Below, piece after piece: positions 12,383-25,225 of a stretch of 64,000 bases of DNA (positions are counted from its first letter, which is position 1; every line of letters starts with the position of its first letter). Source of the stretch: Octopus sinensis (taxonomy: Eukaryota); the NCBI RefSeq assembly GCF_006345805.1, contig NC_042998.1:102610001-102674000 (forward strand), written 5' to 3'. The position numbers and the translations under genes are program-made. Below the pieces are notes generated by a model. That model was not told where the DNA came from and did no database searches. It was given only the letters and a program-made list of their open reading frames with translations.

Positions 12383-13916
12383 TAATAATAATAATAATAA
12401 TAATAATATTTATAATATTTTAGTGATTTGATAAATAAATCTAGTACTAAGGGCTATAACTTATTCGTCTTAAATGGTAATTGTATCACTATATTCTTAG
12501 TTAAATTTAATATATAAGTTATTAAGCTATCATCGTTATATTAAATGACTATAAATATATAAATTAAACTTAATACTAATAGTATATAACTAATTTTATA
12601 AAAGGCCCTTTCGTGTTTATAAATATGTATTTCCTGTTATTTTTTCCGCAAGCAATGAATGTATAAATTTATAAACATTTAATTACAGTCTTGTTAATTA
12701 CTGAGAATAACGTTCATATTAGTATGCATATATAAATTAGAATAATTCTTAAATTATATTTCTTTTTGAATAATAATGCATATATGAATACTTCTTGTAG
12801 ACTTTTTATGTTCATGATATTAAGTTCTTTCGAAATTATATTAACAGTATTTATATTAAATTATATTAACAGTATTTATATATTTCGAAATTATATTAAC
12901 ATTAGCCCCTTGTGGGTAGTAAAGAAATATATATTAACAGTATTTTTTTCTTCAATAAAACTAAGTAAAATTCTGATTATTTATTTATATATTATTATGA
13001 TTCGTATGTAATAAACGTATTGTGTAATTTAACTTTATACCTGTGTTTAACATCAACGTATTTAGAAGATACTCTTGAATTAATGAATCGTTGATTAAAA
13101 GTTCTTGTTAAGGAATTTCATGTGTGCATAAAATATATCCTTATTTATTATTTAATAATAGTATAAACAAGTTAAAAATATATTTCCTACTCCACTTCTT
13201 AATATATTATAAAGATTGTATTCTATTGATTTTATATAATAAAAAATGGGCAGTGATTATTTTAGATAAAATATCTTTAGATTAATATTATTAAAGAGAC
13301 ATAAGAACATTTTATGATCGTTGTAATTGTTTAATTTATTTAATTTATTTTATCTATTTGAATTTTGGTTTCGATTTATGTTTATTGCATGTTAATTATT
13401 AACGCACACGCTTGTAAAAAGAGGTATATTTTAAATCAGTTTATTTTATGATTTAGCAGTCGTTGCATGAAATCTTTGTCTATGTTTTAAACAAATATTA
13501 CTCTGACGAGATTTATATAGTTTATATAATATATTATATATATATATATATAATATATATTGTTGTGTGTGTGTGTGTGTGTGGCTGTGTGTGTGTGTGT
13601 GGTGTGTGTGTGTGTTGTGGTGGGTGTGTGTGGTGTGTGTGGGTGTGTCTGTGTTTTTTACAAATTCACCAGTCGATATGATTGAAAAAATTTTAGGATA
13701 TATATGACTTATTTATTTGTCATATTATATTATATTATATTATATCTTTTATAGTATAACTATATTATATTACCATGTGAATATATTTATATGTCAATTG
13801 TATTTATTTCCATTAATATTCATTTATTAAAATTATCCCATTTTATGTTCTGATATTGTCTTTTGATTGAATAGTACACACACATTCATATATATATATA
13901 TATATATACATACACA

Positions 13917-13977
<61 letters not shown>

Positions 13978-13979
13978 TT

Positions 13980-14124
13980 ATGATTGGCTGTGTGGTATGT
14001 AGCTTGCTAACAAACCACATGGTTACGGGATCAGTCCCACTTGGGCAAGTGTCTTCTGCTATAGCCTCGGCCGACCAAAGCCTTGTGAGTGGATTTGGGA
14101 GACGGAAACTGAAAGAAGCCAGTC

Positions 14125-14164
<40 letters not shown>

Positions 14165-14383
14165 TGTGTCTGTGTTTGTCTCCCTAGCATTGCTTGACAA
14201 CCGATGCTGGTGTGTTTACGTCCCCGTCACTTAGCGGTTCGGCAAAAGAGACCGATAGAATAAGTACTGGGCTTACAAAGATAAGTCCCGGGGGGCGATT
14301 TTCCTCGACGAAAGGCGGTGCTCCAGCATGGCCGCAGTCAATTGACTGAACAGGTAAAAGAGTAAAAGAGTAAAGAGAGTATA

Positions 14384-14385
<2 letters not shown>
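13980..14385 (+). mobile_element. Octopus tRNA-derived SINE with an internal (TA)n; related copies at 24190-24700 (-), 27700-27855 (-), 28850-29215 (+, 3' part), 57395-57750 (-), 40290-40430 (decayed)
   Basis: Shared blocks ggctgtgtggta..aaccacatggtt..gggcaagtgtcttct.ctatagcc..ccgaccaaagccttgtgagtggatttgg.agacggaaactgaaagaagcc and tail ccagcatggccgcagtc..tgaaacaagtaaaagag. Confidence 0.85.
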
Positions 14386-14461
<76 letters not shown>

Positions 14462-14993
14462 CCCACACACGCATATATGTATATACATTTAATTATTTTC
14501 TTCTTTATATACTTGTGTACGTATATCTGTGTGTCTGTGTCTGTGCCAATCGCCAACCACCACTTGTGAGTGTTGTAGTATCGTTGGTCGCGGTTGTTGT
14601 TTCTCCGTAATTTTTTTTTACTGTTTAAGGTGACCTCTTCAAGCTATAATACAATGGAATGAAAAATTGAAATAAACTAAATCAAATTTTCTTGATATCA
14701 GTTTTGGAAGTTCTTATATTTGGATCCTTCCTGTTTAGCTGCACCCGTGGAAATAATAATCGTTGTATTGATGTAATTGTACATGCTGAATTTCAGAGGA
14801 GAGTTCACTTTTATCAGGAAATTATTTTACAAAAAGTTACAGAGGTAAATATTTTGATCATTTTTACATAGTAAGAAAAGAGTATTTGGAAGCCGTCAGT
14901 TTATGCTTGACTGCATTTGTTGTCAAACGTAAGCAGGTGAAATATTGGCGGAATTCTGATTTACGCACCCCATATAATCCCTCATAATTTTTC

Positions 14994-15033
<40 letters not shown>

Positions 15034-15119
15034 TAGATATTGTTTCGACCAAAAATTTGTCCCGGCCATGTCTAACTTAATAGCACCACTTGATAGGATT
15101 ATCCAAAACCTATTTAAGT

Positions 15120-15300
15120 CAATTTTTTTTATGGTGCTTTGAAGAAGTGAGTTCCTGGTATGGGTAGTTTATACGGTATTCCTTGCAGAAATCTGTCCAG
15201 ACTCCGTCTAAAGGTGATGGGATACTTTTCCTCTTTGATCTCTTTCGGGACAATGTTAAACAGGACAGGGCCTGTTGAGTAAAAGAAATTAGGTTGCAGT
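15120..15300 (-). mobile_element. CR1-like LINE 3' fragment; similar fragments at 46280-46640 (+) and 53310-53735 (-)
   Basis: GPVLFNIVPKEIK...FRRSLDRFLQGIP.K.P; 53355-53570 encodes PALFNIVP...LGKFVQGIPDKP; 46360-46420 encodes a LERRRGRYAVIY-like motif. Confidence 0.75.
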
Positions 15301-15314
15301 GTACCTATATGTAT

Positions 15315-15353
<39 letters not shown>

Positions 15354-15878
15354 GGACAATAAATTTATGTGCATATATAGGACATGTACGCATGTATGTA
15401 TATGTGTATTGAAAAAAAAATTAATTTACGAGAGATATTTAAGATTATGCTTACATTCACTTTATGTTCAGGACAGTTGGAACCATTCTTAAATAAACAC
15501 CACTTATGAAATTGGAATATTTCTGTAATGAGCTACATGGTTTATTACAGCGAATGTTTCTAAATTCTGATTTAATTATACTGAAAGTCATTACGCTACG
15601 ATTACAGTAAAATTGCATATTATTTACCCTCCCGTTCGTTCATATTGTTCAGAATATTTAATAGAATCCTGTTGGGCGGTTACAAAATAATTCCATCCTA
15701 TCGACATCAGGCGACGTGCTAATGAACAACTAATTCTCCTAATTTAGAAAGTGTGAAATATAAATCGAGTCAATTACTTTGGATAATTTAACTTTAATTT
15801 GAAAATGGTCTAGTCTTTTACAAACATCTACGCAATTACATAGTTTTCTTGCTGTCCTTTTTAACTTCTCCTCCTACT

Positions 15879-15950
<72 letters not shown>

Positions 15951-15954
15951 TTAG

Positions 15955-16345
15955 AGGCGCAATGGCCCAGTGGTTAGGACAGCGGACTCGCGGTCATAGG
16001 ATCGCAGTTTCGATTTCCAGACCGGGCATTGTGAGTGTTTATTGAGCAAAAACACCTAAAGCTCCATGAGGCTCCGGCAGGGGATGGTGGTGATCCCTGC
16101 TGTACTCTTTCACCACAACTTTCTCTCATTCTTACTTCCTGTTTCTGTTGTACCTGTATTTCAAGGGGCCGGCCTTGTCACTCTCTGTGTCACGCTGAAT
16201 ATCCCCGAGAACTACGTTAAGGGTGCACGCGTCTGTGGAGTGCTCAGCCACTTACACATTTATTTCAGGAGCAGGCTGTTCCGTTGATTCGGATCAACCG
16301 GAACCCTCATCGTCGTAACCGACGGAGTGCTTCCATCCATCCATT
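15955..16345 (+). mobile_element. tRNA-derived SINE (second family); decayed copy at 62255-62575
   Basis: A-box-like tggcccagtggttagg, B-box-like gtttcgatttcc, body ending in a ccatccatcc tail, flanked by (TTA)n. Confidence 0.8.
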
Positions 16346-16351
16346 ATTATA

Positions 16352-16398
<47 letters not shown>

Positions 16399-16744
16399 TT
16401 CTCCACTCCTACTCTTCCACCTCCTCTCCTCCTCTACCACCACCTTAATCTGGTTAAATTCTACTCTTTACTCTATCTGGAATAGCATTTCACAGAAACG
16501 CTTCGCGTTTCCTACGGTGTGTTTCTAGCAAAATCAGTTCTTTACTAAACTTACAATTTGGTCAATATGGGTTTATAACCAATTGACGTAGCATAAATAT
16601 GTTAAAAGTACCAAGGGAATAATGTCACGTCTAAACAGAAGTGAAAGCGGCAACACACTGCAGCAGTTAATTGAAGTGATACTATAAAATCTGGGTTACT
16701 TTATGAACAAACCCTATGATTACATATGTGTCTTATGTATATGT

Positions 16745-16824
<80 letters not shown>

Positions 16825-17001
16825 TAAGAAAGTTTGTTTGGTAAAGCACGTGGGTGAATATATAAGAAAATAGTAAAGTGTGAAAAAACGACAGAAGGCT
16901 TAAATGTTAAAAAATATATATTTGTGGTCAAAATGTCTGGAGAATATTGGAAAAAATTTTTTTCCCCCTTCCTTAAAATGACATAATTTAAAAAATTTTT
17001 A

Positions 17002-17041
17002 AAGAAATTACCGGTTTCGCGTGTAGCTTTTCAAATTTCTT
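17002..17041 (-). ncRNA. Minimal type I hammerhead with a U3-A8 core variant (Neptune pLTR); mutated twin at 21558-21598 (+)
   Basis: aagaaat-TTGAAAA-gc(tacac)gc-GAAA-CCGG-TA-atttctt: 7-bp stem I, 2-bp stem II, palindromic stem III, GUA triplet. Confidence 0.75.
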
Positions 17042-18060
17042 GTGACGTTATGTTTATATTGCATGGAATTATCGTTGTTTTTATTTCCAGGAGATTTCTA
17101 AATAAGGGGAGGTAGTGAGTGATTTTTTCCGGTGTAGGGGAGATAATCGCTTACAAATTTTTTTTCCCCTTTTCCTTGTTAATTTCTCTGTGTCAGTATG
17201 TTCGGATGGTTGAGTCTGGGTTTGTACTTTTCAATGAAGAATGTTTCCTTGTTCAGTCTCATTTGTGTTGATGATCCGAAAGCACATTGGTAAAATGGGA
17301 AGATTAAAAATTGTGGCAGTAGTTGCTTTGCGCATTTCTCATGTGCTCACTAAAAGTATCATTCTATATTCTGGGAATGCAATCTGTTGTCGATGCAGTG
17401 TGCATCTGCGCCTGAGTGATAGTCCCGTGGAGCCCACGTAGTCTGGTGGCAGCCCGAGCATTTAATAACATAAATTATGTTTTCAGAGGCACAAGTAAAG
17501 TTAGATTTGATCTTAAATTTCTGTCCCTCTTTAAAGAAAATTCTGATCCTTCCAATAGGTTAGGACATGTTGCACAGTTCGATCTACCACATTTTTTTAC
17601 TTTTGCATCCGTAATTTTAGAAGACAATTTTGCCTTGTGAGAATCTTTTTAAGTGATTTAGGCTGTTTGTAGCTTTTAATGATTTGGTGTATGTTTAGAA
17701 TTTCCTTAATTTGGGGTTTTTATGAAGTATTGGTAAATTCTGGGTGATGATGGTGAAGGCTTCTTTGTTTCTGGGGTTGTATGTAGATATGTAAGGTAGT
17801 ATTTTCGGGGAAGGTGTGTTGTGTGTTGAACTTTTCTTAAAGTTTCTATGTTGATTTCTGTTGCACGTCTGATCCCATCCTCTATGAGTTGAGCTGGGTA
17901 ATGTCTGTCAATTAGGGTGTTTTAGTTCTTGCAGTCTAAAGTTCCTGGTATTTTGTTCTGACACTATTGTGCATATCTTCTGCAAGGTTGAAGGGGATGT
18001 TGTTTTAGTTGTGTCTTGGGTGGCATGAATTAAAAGAAGGTATTGTTTGGCGTCTGTGGC

Positions 18061-21000
18061 ACCTAATGAAACACAGCGGACACCATACGCACCCAAACCA
18101 ACCGAACAAAAAGAAAAATAGGAAACGTTTGGAATACAAACCTGCACAACAGAAAACTCACCTTCTGGAACATGATAAAAAATTCCAACAAAGCAGATAT
18201 CTACCGAGGGATGGATAAACTCAACACCAATTATCCTCCCACGCAAATTCCAGATAAAAAATTATCCTAACGAGCCTGACGGACAGAGATCTATTAGAGA
18301 AAAGTCAGCTCTGTTCAATTTTAAATCAGAAATAGAGCTTCTAAGACTCAGGGCCTCCACAAATGAAGAAAAACTTAAAAGCATAGACGAGGAGATGCAC
18401 AATTCTAATACTAAAATATACCGAGGGACAACCCCTCGATAATACATTGGATCACTGAAGGATTCCTGTGAGAGAGAAGAAAGAAATTCTCTCCTACGCT
18501 GGGAGAAAAACATGGACTTCTTCCAAAAATATAGTGAAACCTTCAAAAATGAATTGGGTACAAATAATCCCTTCCTTAAGAAAATTACAATAAATAAAAA
18601 AGAAAAACCTAACAACCCACGAACAACCCCCAACTATCCTCCATACACTAAAAACAGAAATCACCCACAACCAACCTTTACAACCACGCTAGACCTAACA
18701 GGGAACTAGCTGAAAGAGGACGCGTCTATGAAAGAAATTACACCAAAAACAGAACAAACCAAAACACATCCTAATACCAGACCCAACCACCATACAGCAC
18801 AATACGACACTAGGATAAGAAATACACACACACAAAATCACTACTACCCCATGAACCAAAACTACTGGTCCCCACTAAACACAAGACAAACGCAAAGAAC
18901 ACTATGTCAAGTAACATCCCACATACAAGAAGTTCGAAAAAAAAATATCCCCATACAGAAATTTTACACACACCACAAGCATTAACAACCATAGATTCCC
19001 CCACACCACACAACGATCGGAGGCAACAATACCACACTCCCCGACCAAATACCACACAACCTCACAGACAACTCATACAAACAAAATTACACCCAACATT
19101 TTTTAGCCAGGGACCAGGGACACCAGGACACAGGCTGGAACCTAGTAATAAGGAAAAACCGAAGATAATCAATCTTTCAACCAAACCTCTTCTAACATAA
19201 AAATTGACATCCTCGCAAAAGGGCTCAAATTTACACCAACTCCACGCAGAGCAAACCTAAATGAACTCAAGGATAATATAACAGAATTTTGCAGAAAATT
19301 AAGACTAGCAGAAGCATCAAACAGTTTCAATACTGAAGATGAATCACTAGTCAAGAACAAAAGTGAACACATCCCACACAGAGGAAGAAATAAAGATCTT
19401 GACGAATTCTGTAACCACATTGAGAACTTCCCCTACCATACTATACATAAACAGAAAGCTAACCCAAATTTTAACACTACACAATGGAAAGAACTGATAG
19501 AACTCCAAAATGATGAAGATATAACCATTAAGGAAGCGGACAAGGGAAATGCAGTTGTAATAATGGATACATCATACTACAGAAATCTTGTAATTTCCTT
19601 GCTTGATGAAGACCTACATTATGAAAAAATTACCAACTACACCCCACAAAAAATAATGAAAACTCTATCTTCACTAATTAAAACACATGAAAAGGAACTG
19701 ACAACCAAAGAGATTGATTTCCTAACAAACTTTAAATGCAAACCTAGCCTTTTCTATGGTCTGCCAAAAATTCATAAAAGTCAAATTATAAATGAAACCA
19801 TTAAAAAATCACCAAAGACATACATACACACACCTAATCCGGGGGACCTAAAACTACGACCCATTGTAGCTGGCCCAACCTGTGAAACACACAGACTAAG
19901 TCTACTTATGGACATCCTCTTGAAACCCTTCCTTAAACATATCGATAGCCATATCAGAGATGACTTAGATATGTTAAACCACCTCCCAAAAAAAACCAAG
20001 GAAGAAACAATCCTGGTTTCATTTGATGTAGTCAACTTGTATACCAGTATACCTCATAATTATGGACTGGAGGCAATACAATTCTGGTTAGACCAATTTC
20101 CGGAAGAAATACCAAAAAGGATCAGTAAGGAATTCATTACTAAATCAATTGAATTCATCCTACACAATAACCACTTCATGTTTGACAATACATTTTACCG
20201 TCAAAAATCCGGAATTGCTATGGGTACAAGGCAGCACCAGTCATTGCGAACTTAACAATGGGATACATGGAAAAATCATTTACCAGGAATCTCTATCAAT
20301 CTTTGGAAACTCCCTCTCTCAATACATAAAAGAGAATGGAAACGATTCCTAGACGATTGTTTCATTCTCTGGAATGAAAACATAGATAAACTCCTAAAAT
20401 TTAAAAACCTATTGAACAGCAAACCCAAAATAACAGTTCACAATGGAATACAACCAAAAGGAGCTCCCGTTCTTGGATATACTAATTAAAAAAATTAACC
20501 TTAAAATAGAAACAGACATTTTTTACAAAGCCACAGACGCCAAACAATACCTTCTTTTTAATTCATGCCACCCAAGACACACTAAAACAAAACATCCCCT
20601 TCAACCTTGCAAGAAGGATATGCACAATAGTGTCAGAACAAAATACCAGGAACTTTAGACTGCCAGAACTCAAAAACACCCTAATTGACAGACATTACCC
20701 AGCTCAACTCATAGAGGATGGGATCAGACGTGCAACAGAAATCAACATAGAAACTTTAAGAAAAGTTCAACACAACAACACACTTCCCCGAAAATACTAC
20801 CTTACAATCTACATACAAACCCAGAAACAAAGAAGCCTTCACCATCATCACCCAGAATTTACCAATACTTCATAAAAACCCAAAATTAAAGGAAATTCTA
20901 AACATACACCAAATCATTAAAAGCTACAAACAGCCTAAATCACTTAAAAAGATTCTCACAAAGGCAAAATTGTCTTCTAAAATTACGGATGCAAAAGTAA

Positions 21001-21400
21001 AAAAATGTGGTAGATCGAACTGTGCAACATTGTCCTAACCTATTGGAAGGATCAGAATTCTTCTTTAAAGAGGGACAGAAATTTAAGATCAAATCTAACT
21101 TTACTTGTGCCTCTGAAAACATAATTTATGTTATTAAATGCTCGGGCTGCCACCAAGACTACGTGGGCTCCACGGGACTATCACTCAGGCGCAGATGCAC
21201 ACTGCATCGACAACAGATTGCATTCCCAGAATATAGAATGATACTTTTAGTGAGCACATTGAGAAATGCGCAAAGCAACTACTGCCACAATTTTAATCTT
21301 CCCATTTTACCAATGTGCTTTCGGATCATCAACACAAATGAGACTGAACAAGGAAACATTCTTCATTGAAAAGTACAAACCCAGACTCAACCATCCGAAC
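18061..21400 (+). pseudogene. Neptune PLE polyprotein (long N-terminal region, RT, Zn-linker, GIY-YIG), multiply frameshifted
   Basis: ORF pieces 18009-18218, 18512-18709, 19563-20255, 20443-20658 and 21007-21369 are collinear with a single PLE ORF. Confidence 0.85.
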
Positions 21401-21734
21401 ATACTGACACAGAGAAATTAACAAAGAAAAGGGAAAAAAAATTTGTAAGCGATTATCTCCCCTACACCGGAAAAAATCACTCACTACCTCCCCTTATTTA
21501 GAAATCTCCTGGAAATAAAAACAACGATAATTCCATGCAATATAAACATAACGTCACAAGAAATTTGAAAAGCTACACGCGAAAACGGGTAATTTCTTTA
21601 AAAATTTTTTAAATTATGTCATTTTAAGGAAAGGGGAAAAAAAATTTTCCAATATTCTCCAGACATTTTGACACAAATATAATATTTTTTAACATTTAAG
21701 CCTTCTGTCGTTTTTTCACACTTTACTATTTTCT

Positions 21735-21811
<77 letters not shown>

Positions 21812-22918
21812 CATATATGCTTGTGTGTGTGTGCGAGTACATATAGATAGATAGACACTTGTCTATACACATGAATACATGTATACACAAGGACACATCG
21901 CTTCATAAGGTTGGAATCTTATGTGTGCTACTTCAAGCTTCATGCTCGGATGGTGCAGTACGTGTTTGGTCCTCTATAGAGTACTACGGAAGATCGGCAA
22001 TCTTTCAAGCTGAAACGATATGGCAAATATCCATGCGCGATGAGTGGGACTTCAATGACCCCTATCGGCTTTTTGAAATGGTTGGGTGAACTAAGAGAGG
22101 AAACTGAATCCCGGTTACCTTGAAATGTAATACAGGCCTGCATCCATTGAGCAATGGGTAGCATGCAATTGGAAATTATGCAGAAAAAATTGATTTTGAA
22201 ATTATTTAAAGAAGCATTTACTGCCCGGCAATCATGTTGCCAGGATTTAATTTTCGCAATGTAATGCTGATTATATTTAATAATTCTTATATTTCCCTAT
22301 TTTTTCTTTTTCATCGTATAGCAAATCTCACCTACATCGGTATTTAAGAAATTCATCTTCTATTCATAAAAATAAAACTGTTAAACTAGTTTTCCTTCGA
22401 TTATATAGCTACATGTCTAAGATGACATGTTGAATTTTCTGTAATTATAAAGCCCGTATTTCCTGAACATTTTGCATTAAGCTGTTTTTCAGATTATGTT
22501 GAAACGAAAGTTGATATACAACAGAGCTCTATGTAACAAATACTCATCATGTTATGTAATTTAATTGAATATGGCGCGCATAATAATCAAATTATCCCAG
22601 GCTTCCATACAATCAAAAATGCGAATACGCACAGGCAAACATACACTCATCGCTCATGCATACGCACACACCTATATATACCAACTATACTCGCATATAT
22701 TTATATATACAAATATATCAATACCTATATAAACATTCATATATATATGCATATTTCTATATGCATACATATATATAAATATATACATATATACACACAC
22801 ATATATATATATATGTATGTATGTAGATATGTATATTTATATGTATATGTACATGTACATATGTATATATCTATATATTATATATATGTGTATATATATA
22901 TAAGTGTGTGTGTATGTG

Positions 22919-22953
<35 letters not shown>

Positions 22954-23043
22954 GAATAAACACAGAAAACGGATCTAGTGTTTCATGCTTTATATAACCT
23001 ACACGTCTTTCAGTAAGCTCGGGCTCTTAGTCATTCGACTTAC

Positions 23044-23477
23044 TTCCTCCGCACTATGAGCAAAAAATACGATACAAAGAACAGTGCAAGTCCTTATAAG
23101 TAGCAATGTGCACACCGAGTGCCATCTGGCTATTAAAGTACTATGCATAGTAAAGTAAGTAACTGGGAAAGAATGCAGGAGGAAGGTGTATGCTGGGATG
23201 GAGATAAGCAGTCCATCATGTCCACCCCTATATTCATACACAGACCGGTACACACCACACCCTACCATTGTAATGCTCACGAAAACACACTCACATACAC
23301 ACACATATGTACGTATACGTATGTATACATATATTTAGATAAACAGTGACTGTACCTGCTCACCGTCTGCGATTCCCTGGAATGGGACTGTGTTAACGTA
23401 TGACTGTGCATCATACACCACAGCAGGCTCAGTCTTCCACACAGCGAGTTTTAACAGTAGAAGAGCGCCCGTCTTCC
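23044..23477 (-). CDS. Candidate host-gene exons (unidentified product): 23364-23477 and ~23044/23054-23162/23140
   Basis: Polypyrimidine+AG acceptor at 23478, donors gtgagc (23363) and gtacag (23355), single open frame KTGALLLLKLAVWKTEPAVVYDAQSYVNTVPFQGIAD; the downstream exon is frame-compatible with either donor. No recognisable homology. Confidence 0.3.
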
Positions 23478-24955
23478 CTTCGACAGAAAAGGAAAGAGGA
23501 GACGTTCTATTACAGCGACTGGATCAAGGCATGAGAGCCAGACGGTGATATGTGACGGAGATGATGTAAGAGTTTATCACTTTTGGCCGACCTTTCAGGG
23601 ACTGCTATCTTTTGGCCAATATATGGATGTCATTGCCACTCTGCTAGTCCCTACGCCACATTTTCTCTCCACATGGAAGTCAGAAAAAAACCGAACTTGA
23701 GCAATTTAATATATATATATATATACGTATATGTCACAAGTATCCCTCGCCACAAAAAGAAATAGATATTAGAAATAAACGTCCATACAAGAGGTAGAGT
23801 AGGGGACTTTAACTTTTGTCAATATTTTCAGTTAAAGGGGATAACGCTGTAAAACTTAGGACGCTATACTGGGATCTAGAGAAATATTAAGAGCTCAGAG
23901 GGGAAAGTTTATAATGAAGGTGTAGCAAAAGTCCGTGTAATATTATTTTGTATAAAAATAAAATAAACATTTTTTAATTGGAAAAATGTTTAAAATTGTA
24001 TTGGAACCATGTTAATTAAGAGGGTTATACAGATCAGTTTAAACATTAGAAAGAAGATAACTAATATGAAGAATCACCCTAATACTTCATCATTACATAA
24101 CTATTAGGTGGTCGCTACAAAGGCCACTCAAACAATGATCACGACTTTCATATAGAATAGAATTTATGTGGAAAAATATACATATTTTATAGGCGTTGGT
24201 GTGGCTGTTGGGTAAGTAGCTTCCTTACCAACCACATGGTTCCGAGTTCAGTCCCACTGTGTGGCACCTTGGGCAAGTGTATTCTACTATAGCCTCGGGC
24301 CGACCAAAGTCTTGTGAGTGGATTTGGTAGACGGAAACTGAAAGAAGCCCATCGTATATATATATATTTCTTTATTGCCCACAAGGGGCTAAACATAGAG
24401 AGGACAAACAAGGACAGACAAAGGGATTAAGTCAATTACATCGACCCCAGTGCGTTTGTATATGTATATGTATATGTATATATATATGTGTGTTTGTGTC
24501 TGTTCCGCCCCCCCCCCAAAAAAAAAAAATCACTTGACAACCGATGCTGGTGTGTTTTGCGTCCCCGTAACTTAGCGGTTCGACAAAAGAGACCGATAAA
24601 ATAAGTACTAGGCTGACAAAGAATAATGGGGTCGATTTGCTCGACTAAAGATGGTGCTCCACATGGCCACACTCAAATAACTGAAACAAGAAAAAGAGTA
24701 TATTATCTATTGATGTAATGGTTGCATTGTTCAATTAAATGGCGTTGCTTGAAACAGTTGTATTGCACTAATACTTGACATCCTGTTACTTATTTTGATT
24801 TTATTCACTTCGAGCTGTGCGAATATTACCGTATTGACCTAAATATACATCACGTGAGCACGTGACCGACCAGATCACGTGCTCACGCTGGTCACAATGC
24901 GCTTCGCATTGTTTTAGCCTTCAAATGACGCCATCCCGCTGGCTAAGCGAGCAGG

Positions 24956-25000
<45 letters not shown>

Positions 25001-25094
25001 CTAATCCCAACATGAAAACACAAAGAGAAAACACAACAACGCGAGGACGTGGAACAAATATAGTATTATTGGACGCTCATGAAGGAAGGGAAGA

Positions 25095-25140
25095 AGGAGG
25101 GTTTTATGTTTCGAGTGGAGCTCTTAGTCAGAAACATAGG
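25095..25140 (-). ncRNA. Degenerate hammerhead remnant in a short dispersed repeat; similar remnant at 57160-57200 (-)
   Basis: CTGACTA-a-gag..ctc-GAAACATAA and CTGTAGA-a-gagc(gtag)gctc-GAAGCGTA; cores mutated. Confidence 0.45.
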
Positions 25141-25189
25141 AAAAGGAAAGATCCAGAGAAGGGAAGACGGAGGAAAAAAAATCGCGGTC

Positions 25190-25225
<36 letters not shown>

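Larger units (their letters stand above)
16824..21740 (+). mobile_element. Neptune-type Penelope-like element with a 1.2-kb inverted duplication of its 3' end, between (TA)n tracts
   Basis: 16859-18060 is the reverse complement of 20530-21740; RT (YGLPKIHK, RPIVAG, SFDVVNLYTSIP, GIAMGT, RFLDDCF), Cys-rich linker (KCGRSNCATC), GIY-YIG (NIIYVIKCSGCHQDYVGST). Confidence 0.9.

Noticed and set aside
23141-23143. In-frame TAG as an A-to-I recoded Trp codon
   Set aside because: More simply explained as a splice acceptor or a non-coding frame; no evidence of editing is available from DNA alone.
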